DNA of 64,000 nucleotides from a virus (Duplodnaviria; Caudoviricetes): positions 1-64,000 of IMG/VR virus record IMGVR_UViG_2675903043_000002, one strand, 5' to 3'. Below, piece after piece: positions 57,653 through 64,000 of the stretch (positions are counted from its first letter, which is position 1; every line of letters begins with the position of its first letter). The translations under genes and the position numbers were made by a program. Under the pieces are notes generated by a model. That model had not been told where the DNA came from. It did not search any database and saw only the letters and a program-made list of their open reading frames with translations.

Positions 57653-59338
57653 TCAGTCACCAAAGCGCCCCCAAACTCGCAGCACCTCGGGCGATTCACC
57701 ACCGTGTATCAGTGCCTTGTCACCAACTTTAACCAGGAGTGGAGCAGGAATAGATCGCCCACATACCAAAGCCTCACCCGTTGACAGATTAGGTAACTCG
57801 TCCAAGTCAGCCTTGCTTACCATGTCAGACGCTTTTGCGATAAAGCGCTGGTCGTCCGGGTTCTTCAGTCGCATGGTGATCAGAGTGTTGCACTGTGATG
57901 TCACGTCCGCGTCCAGCTTTGATGGACGCTGGCTAACAATAGCAAAGCCCACTCCGAATTTCCGACCTTCGCCAGCAATTTTCTTGATGATCCGGTGGCT
58001 GACCGCATTTCCACCGGCAGGAGCAAAATTATGTCCTTCCTCATAAACCAGGAAACAAGGCCGCAATGGATCTGTCTTGCTGGATGCTGCGCGCAAAATC
58101 TCACTGGAAAGTAGCGCGCAGATCACCTGTTTGGCCGTATCGCTCAGCCCTTGCAGATCGATCACAACGAGACGCCCCTGTTTATTCGAAGGGCGTCCGA
58201 CCATTTTGTAAATATCGGTCGGGGCTGACATAGCCGCAGAGTAGAAGCTTTGCGCCTCGTTGAGCACTCGCGACAACTTCATCGAAATCACCGCAGCACT
58301 GCGGCCATTCAATGCTTTGCCTTCTGCTTCAGAAAGATCATCCCATTCGCGCAACTCTTCGATGCCATCTCCGAGAAAATGTCGAAGGCGATTGATATCT
58401 CGTGGCTCGGTCTTGTCTGCTGTCCGCCAGTATCGCAACGCAACATCAACCACACGCTGCTGTGGCTCGGTCAGCCCGGGGAGAATCTCTGCCACATCAT
58501 CCATTTCAAAGTGATCGAACTGCAGCGCAAGCTGGGCGTTCTTGCCAGCGTACTTGTGCTTGAACGATTCATTTTGTGGTGTGTAAACATGGATACCAGC
58601 CCCGGCTTGCTGCAATCGTTCCAAGGTATCGCGGATTTTTGGAAGCGCAGTACGATCGCGTCCGTCTTCACTTTCTGACAGACCTCCCGAGAAATTCAAT
58701 TGCCCCTTCTCCAGGGCTCTTCCATACTCACCATGCGGATCGAATACAATAACGGTTCCATTGTTCAGTGCCACTAAGCGTTCAATGATGCGGCCGACGG
58801 TGTAGGACTTACCCGATCCCGTCATCGCTAGAACTGCCATATGCTCAGTGACCAGTTTGTTTACTTCTAAAAAGACCGGCACCGTATTATCGCCACGCTC
58901 ATACCCAACGAGATTCCCTAGATGCAAACTGGTGTGTTCGTTGAATTCGTAGAAATCGCTTAAAAATTGAAAGTCCACTGTTTCAACGGCGGCGCCGGGA
59001 TCGAGCGGGCGGCGTGGAATTTTTATCTGACGAGACACTGGATCGCGGTAACCGACCAGTTCGACATTTGCATAGAGATTCTCGCCGGTAACACTGGCGC
59101 CCGGGAGTAGCTCGAGTTCAGTCACGCCACCACCGAATCCAGCGTTGAACAGCATGTTGGTTCGAGTAATCCTAGTGACTCGCCCAAGCACAGGCACCAC
59201 GCTTTCATCCGCGCGCTCCTGGTGCATGATGCGGACAAACTCTCCTCGACGTACGGAAAAGGAATCCTGAACCACCATCGTCAGCTGTGCTGCGTCACCG
59301 GTGTTGCCAACCAGCTTTCCAAGTACCTTGTGTTTCAT
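57653..59338 (-). CDS. herA: HerA-family ATPase / DNA translocase (HAS barrel + DUF87)
   Basis: HMAVLAMTGSGKS, VFDPHGEY, LVYEEGHNF, EGRKFG and SQRPS motifs. Confidence 0.9.
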   Translation of the reverse strand: MKHKVLGKLVGNTGDAAQLTMVVQDSFSVRRGEFVRIMHQERADESVVPVLGRVTRITRTNMLFNAGFGGGVTELELLPGASVTGENLYANVELVGYRDPVSRQIKIPRRPLDPGAAVETVDFQFLSDFYEFNEHTSLHLGNLVGYERGDNTVPVFLEVNKLVTEHMAVLAMTGSGKSYTVGRIIERLVALNNGTVIVFDPHGEYGRALEKGQLNFSGGLSESEDGRDRTALPKIRDTLERLQQAGAGIHVYTPQNESFKHKYAGKNAQLALQFDHFEMDDVAEILPGLTEPQQRVVDVALRYWRTADKTEPRDINRLRHFLGDGIEELREWDDLSEAEGKALNGRSAAVISMKLSRVLNEAQSFYSAAMSAPTDIYKMVGRPSNKQGRLVVIDLQGLSDTAKQVICALLSSEILRAASSKTDPLRPCFLVYEEGHNFAPAGGNAVSHRIIKKIAGEGRKFGVGFAIVSQRPSKLDADVTSQCNTLITMRLKNPDDQRFIAKASDMVSKADLDELPNLSTGEALVCGRSIPAPLLVKVGDKALIHGGESPEVLRVWGRFGD

Positions 59339-60477
59339 GATTCAAACCCTTCATCGAGACCGGACAACCACGTGCTTTCTATGTCGTTACTCCGCAGTGC
59401 TTCATTTAGCCCCTGCTGATAGTAGGCAGAGAACTTTTCGAGAATATTGAGTTGCTGCCGACTTAGCAGCTGTGGCAGTGGCATTGCTTTCTTCTGGCTT
59501 TGCATATCCAGAATCATCAGTCGGGATGCCACGGTATCCAGCAAGGCAGAGTTCCAATCGGACTCTTCGCCAGCCAACTGAGCCATTTTTATTTGACTTG
59601 CGCGCGCGCTGCGGAAGTGAAAACCGATAACACCTTGGCTTACTTCGCTGGCGGGTTCCATTCGGGAGCGATTCTCGGTCATCCGAAAAGCGATAGTTCG
59701 AGTGAAGTTACCCAATATGCCATTGATAAAACGAGTATCGCCAATTCCGCTCAGCCGCTCTTCCAGTCCTTCGAGCATGGCTGCCGAGTCCGGTGCAAAA
59801 CCATCGTTAGCCAAAATATGCTTGCGACCTCCTTCAGTGCGCAAATCTTGTCGAGCGATGCTGACAATGGCAGAGAATCGCTCAGCCAGAATGCTGACTA
59901 ACACAGGACCTTCCGAATTCCATGGAAACAAGGCTTTCCGGTTATTCTGCCAAAACTGTTCGATAATGTCCCTGGTCTTTTCAAACTCAGCCCAGTGCCG
60001 CATATTCCGCTTTAATGGCACCATTTCCCGATCGATGAATAGCGGGGTATCGATAAGAATTAGGTTGGCAAAACCATTCTGTTGCAGCAGTCGCTCTACC
60101 AGGGCATAACAGTGCCGCATCTCCACTAAGTCCAGACGTTTTCTCTGCGCTTCGAAATCGATGTCGTCCAGCTCGGATACTGAATCAGACCCAGCAGTAC
60201 TGATCTTATTGTCCTGAATCGTTAGATCTGTCCGTACAGCTGCAGATGCGTAGATAAAGCCACCCAAAGCACGGTGAATACATGAGTAACTCGCAATACC
60301 GGAGACCGCGAGATTGACGACGGATGGTCGCTTGATGGCCTTAATTAAACCGGCATCCCGAAACAAGGGTGCCACTTGCTCAATATCCCGAATCTGTTTG
60401 AGTAAGCGACCAGCACTGCCAGGCAATCTTAACTGACTATCGATAGCCAATGCTTGCGCAAGATTAGTTGTTTTCAT
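59335..60477 (-). CDS. NurA-like protein, probably catalytically degenerate
   Basis: Directly upstream of HerA with ATGA overlap; LILIDTPL matches NurA motif II and MPLPQ the C-terminal motif, but the motif I position reads AVSGI. Confidence 0.55.
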   Translation of the reverse strand: MKTTNLAQALAIDSQLRLPGSAGRLLKQIRDIEQVAPLFRDAGLIKAIKRPSVVNLAVSGIASYSCIHRALGGFIYASAAVRTDLTIQDNKISTAGSDSVSELDDIDFEAQRKRLDLVEMRHCYALVERLLQQNGFANLILIDTPLFIDREMVPLKRNMRHWAEFEKTRDIIEQFWQNNRKALFPWNSEGPVLVSILAERFSAIVSIARQDLRTEGGRKHILANDGFAPDSAAMLEGLEERLSGIGDTRFINGILGNFTRTIAFRMTENRSRMEPASEVSQGVIGFHFRSARASQIKMAQLAGEESDWNSALLDTVASRLMILDMQSQKKAMPLPQLLSRQQLNILEKFSAYYQQGLNEALRSNDIESTWLSGLDEGFES

Positions 60478-60480
60478 TGG

Positions 60481-61305
60481 CTAGGCCTCATTCCTCAAAT
60501 TTTCGGCAAATGCCCAGTATTTACACCCCATCAAGTGGGCCAACCCCTGTTCGGTCAATCCATTGTCATTTATCAACCCAGCATTTCTTAGGCGAACCAT
60601 GCTTTCCGGCAGATCGAAGTTGGCCAAATTCAATAGTGGAACGGCATATGTCTTCAACCTGCTCAGCAAGCCCTCAGCTGTCGCGACATTGAATCCGTAG
60701 CTGCACACCAACACGGTGACATCCTCTGGGCGTATCGCGTCTTCTTGGGGCTTTGTTTCTTCAGTAGTAACAGATGGCAGGCCACAATGTCGCTCAATCT
60801 TGGCCAGGAAGTCATGCACCAGCGCCGCCTGATCTAACAAACTAATGGACCAAAGCGGTAGTGTCGTGGCAGCGATCAGGCCGCTATTGGAATGTCCCTT
60901 CCAGTATCGTGTATGGCAAGTCGGCTCCCCCAGCGGCATATCCTCTGTGCAAGCACCGTTTACCCCGCGCAGGCGGTACGTCAGTTCGCCCTCCAGCATG
61001 CTCATAAGCAGTGCTCGTTTGACGGCTACCGCAATTGACGGTGCCAACTCAACCACCCAGTCCAGAAAATGAAAAATGCTCCCTTCCTGGTATGGGGGGA
61101 GTAGCAGTAATGAACAACCGGGTTGGCGTACCCACGCCGCACACTCCTCCTGAGATTCTCTCGATGCTTGCAACTGCTCGCCGGTCATCAAAACAAAGCC
61201 GGTCTGCGGTAAGCCATGCTCGGGCGACTGGGAGATCCCCAGCAAGCTGGCCAGGAAACGCCCTCTACGGTGCGCCTGCAATTCCGGAGTGAGATAGAGC
61301 TTCAC
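60481..61305 (-). CDS. Hypothetical protein in the HerA operon
   Basis: 274-aa coupled ORF; C-terminal LRNAGLINDNGLTEQG suggests a winged helix. Confidence 0.7.
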   Translation of the reverse strand: MKLYLTPELQAHRRGRFLASLLGISQSPEHGLPQTGFVLMTGEQLQASRESQEECAAWVRQPGCSLLLLPPYQEGSIFHFLDWVVELAPSIAVAVKRALLMSMLEGELTYRLRGVNGACTEDMPLGEPTCHTRYWKGHSNSGLIAATTLPLWSISLLDQAALVHDFLAKIERHCGLPSVTTEETKPQEDAIRPEDVTVLVCSYGFNVATAEGLLSRLKTYAVPLLNLANFDLPESMVRLRNAGLINDNGLTEQGLAHLMGCKYWAFAENLRNEA

Positions 61306-64000
61306 GCATTGCCCCCGAAATAGAGCTTCATTCTCAGGATGCCCTTGGCAACCAAGGCCTCTTGAGCGGGCGGGGACAGTGCTGGGTTCTTGCCCTCGGC
61401 GATGGCCGTGGCCAAATCTTGCCAGCTCGCGAAATCAAGGCCAGTCCCACTTAACAACTGGTTTGCCTTGTTTTCCCATTGTGATTGCTGCATATCAATC
61501 GTAATTTGCAAATCATGCAAGCTCAGGGCAGATACGCTAGCCAGGTTGATTGCCGCTGGCACGGTTTCGTTGCAAGCACCGAACAGAGGCGTCAGTACTG
61601 GAAGGTAGCGCTCATTGGTCTGACTGACCAAGGTCTCGCGATGCGATAGAATCGTGTTTTCAACTTTACTGATGGCACCGCCAACACTATGCAACTGAGA
61701 GTGAATGGGGTTGAGCAAACGATCAGGGATGCCGCGGATGGCGCTGAACTGCCCCTTGCGTGCTTGCTCACGAAATTTCTCACGCTCACTCTTGGCCAAG
61801 TCAGCCAAGTCCTCAAACGCGTCGCCAATCAACACTAGTTTTTGAGCGAGCGCTGCAAGCTCTTGGGTGTGTTCTGGTGTCGTGTAACCCGCAGGCATGG
61901 GCTCCAAAACGCGCGCAGCCTCTGCGCATCGAGCCTTCAACTCAGCGAGGTAGCCGGTAATCTCGACAAATTTTTTCTTGCCCACACGATAGCTACTTGC
62001 AATGTGGCCAAGGTTCTCAGTAAGACCCAAAGCCGTTCCATTGTCGATATTGACACCGGCTTCTTCGGCGAGCAGGCGCAAGCGATCCGCCGCCTTGTCC
62101 AGTTGAAGTGAGCGCAAGTAATGCAGCAAGGTATCCGAGCTCGCGGTACCCTCTGCCGTTGCGGTATCACTCTCATTGCGCTGCTGCAGGGCGCCATCAA
62201 GAATATTGTTCACCGTCTGTAGCGACAGGGTGAATAAGCTGCGCGGGAACATGTCCAGATTCTGCGCATCAGCCTCAATGTCAGTGATCAGATGATTGAT
62301 GCCTTGTTTGATTTGGGATGCGGCTTTCTCCACGTAATCCGCAAACAGCCGGGCCTGTTCGATACGCTGATAGAGCGATAGGCTCTTGTCGTCGAGGCGT
62401 AGGGTATTGATGTTGCCCAAGGTGATCTCAGGTACTTGTTCCGGCTTGACCCCCGCGACCCGCTGCAGCACCTCAAAGCGTCCGGCAAGCAGAGCAGGCA
62501 TCTTGTCAGTAATGGCAGCCAAGGCATCAGCCCCCTGCAGAGCGAGCGCTTCTTCGTTGACCTTCAGCGCGTCAAACGCTGAGCGGGCTGCTTTGATTAG
62601 CTCGTGCGCTTCCACCGTTTCAGTGCCGGTGGGTGATTTGCCTAAGGGTGCAAAGAGTCCCGGAATGCGGTCATAGCCAAAAACACGCTCCAACTTGGCA
62701 ACCACAGCCTTATAGCCGTCAGCACTGTTGCCGTTAAACCAGTTCTGCGCCTCGTTGATGGCGTTATCCAGTTTGGCCCGTGGCAGGCTTTGCCATTTCG
62801 CTGTTGTTGCAGTGGCATCTTGTAGCTGCAACAGATGCAACTCACCACACCACCACATCCAATCATCGAACACGTTCTTGGCTGTCACGCTGGCATGTTG
62901 CAAGTAGCCCCAGTACCAACCTCGCTTGGCCTTCTCCAGCGTCCATTCCTGTGTGCTGACCGGGTTCGCTATACGTGCCAAGAAGTAGGGGAATTTTGCT
63001 TGCGCCTGCTGCGGGTTGGCCAAGTCAGCAAACAAGCCCGCGTGCTCTTCCTTCGCAAAACCAAGGCTGAGCAGCTTGCTCGGCAAGGCCAGGCGTTGCA
63101 TCAGCGATGCAATTTCTTCGGCATCAATACCGTGCCTGGTTTCCAGATCATTCAAGCCGGAAAGGGTAGGCTTCTTGAACACAAACAAGGTCCAGGCCTG
63201 CAGCAGCAGATCGCGATCCTGCGTGTTGATCTTGCCGGTTGGTCTCAGCGGCCAGGCAATCAAGCCCCGCTCATTCAAGCGGGCGCGCCATTGGTGGATC
63301 GCTTGATAGGCAAAGTCTCGCAAAGCATTGAGCTTGTTCTTGAATTTGCTCGTCAGTCGCGCCTCATCAAGCGAAAAACCCTTGCACTGTTCGGGCGTGA
63401 GGCCGATGCGTTCCAGCTGATCGACTTCGCTGGGGTTCAGGTAGTAGAGCAGCAGGTCGTCTTTGAGCTTTTCACTCACGTCGCCCCGGTTGTACTGCTC
63501 CATCAAGTGGGTAGATGCCGTGAATGCCATCACCGGGAAGCGCCCTTCATTGGTGTGGCGCGTTGCAGCCAGTTGATGCAGTCGATCCAGCTCATCACGG
63601 TTGTTCACCCAGGCAAACCATGCCAGATTGTCCGGGTGCAGCTTCAACCCCTCGCAATACAGCAAGCCACCACGCTGACCAGTCCCTTGCCCACGCGAGC
63701 TGGCTTGAATGCACAGATTCTCTTTATTGGAGAGACTGGGCTGTGCGTATTGCCAGTTCTTGTCCAACAAGCGCATCAAGCCCATCAGACGCGCCGTCCA
63801 GCGCAGGCACGGGTTGTGGCTGCTGGCTTGCAAGAAGGTCTTCATCGCCGCTTCGTGCACATCCGCATCGGCCGGGTCGCGGAAGATCATCGAGTTGTGC
63901 TGCTGATTGCGGTAGCGCAGATCCAGTCGCAGCAACATCGCCACGCTGGGGCCAATATGCGTAGCCTCTTCATCCGGCACAAATTGGTCGCTGCCGATCA
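61302..64000 (-). CDS. Large hypothetical protein with coiled-coil C-terminal half (5' end beyond the window)
   Basis: Frame is open from the window edge (no stop between 63980 and 64000); at least 892 aa; its stop overlaps the next GTG. Confidence 0.75.
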   Translation of the reverse strand, partial: IGSDQFVPDEEATHIGPSVAMLLRLDLRYRNQQHNSMIFRDPADADVHEAAMKTFLQASSHNPCLRWTARLMGLMRLLDKNWQYAQPSLSNKENLCIQASSRGQGTGQRGGLLYCEGLKLHPDNLAWFAWVNNRDELDRLHQLAATRHTNEGRFPVMAFTASTHLMEQYNRGDVSEKLKDDLLLYYLNPSEVDQLERIGLTPEQCKGFSLDEARLTSKFKNKLNALRDFAYQAIHQWRARLNERGLIAWPLRPTGKINTQDRDLLLQAWTLFVFKKPTLSGLNDLETRHGIDAEEIASLMQRLALPSKLLSLGFAKEEHAGLFADLANPQQAQAKFPYFLARIANPVSTQEWTLEKAKRGWYWGYLQHASVTAKNVFDDWMWWCGELHLLQLQDATATTAKWQSLPRAKLDNAINEAQNWFNGNSADGYKAVVAKLERVFGYDRIPGLFAPLGKSPTGTETVEAHELIKAARSAFDALKVNEEALALQGADALAAITDKMPALLAGRFEVLQRVAGVKPEQVPEITLGNINTLRLDDKSLSLYQRIEQARLFADYVEKAASQIKQGINHLITDIEADAQNLDMFPRSLFTLSLQTVNNILDGALQQRNESDTATAEGTASSDTLLHYLRSLQLDKAADRLRLLAEEAGVNIDNGTALGLTENLGHIASSYRVGKKKFVEITGYLAELKARCAEAARVLEPMPAGYTTPEHTQELAALAQKLVLIGDAFEDLADLAKSEREKFREQARKGQFSAIRGIPDRLLNPIHSQLHSVGGAISKVENTILSHRETLVSQTNERYLPVLTPLFGACNETVPAAINLASVSALSLHDLQITIDMQQSQWENKANQLLSGTGLDFASWQDLATAIAEGKNPALSPPAQEALVAKGILRMKLYFGGNA

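Noticed and set aside
11164-64000. Many short antisense or alternate-frame ORFs in the track
   Set aside because: They lie inside well-supported genes and show no recognisable motifs; treated as shadow ORFs.

Overview
Accessory DNA from a probable betaproteobacterium (the gene content looks Nitrosomonas-like, which is inference). It has three parts. (1) 1-6810: the right-hand end of a CP4-57-like island. It carries an IS630 copy truncating a phage-type gene, a YqaJ exonuclease, DUF932 and a YagK/YfjJ-like protein, and ends in a degenerate copy of the tmRNA 3' end plus a terminator (att site). (2) About 6811-54610: a nearly complete lambda-like siphovirus prophage. It has AT-rich cargo (two IS982-type MITEs flanking a primase-like ORF, an MBL hydrolase, a secreted protein), a large serine recombinase module, an XRE/IrrE + PIN pair, replication genes, a cos-like site, a ParB-methyltransferase, HU, and head, tail and lysis genes. 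A complete group II intron (34071-36492, RT-maturase-HNH) sits in phase 0 in the 3' end of the portal gene, and splicing restores the portal C-terminus. (3) 54617-64000: a tightly coupled minus-strand operon that runs off the window: large unknown protein, unknown protein, NurA-like protein with apparently lost catalytic residues, HerA ATPase, small PD-(D/E)XK-like nuclease, Ser/Thr kinase-TPR, then HrgA. This operon is the best candidate for an undescribed anti-phage or DNA-processing system. All family assignments come from motif recognition by eye; no database search was run.
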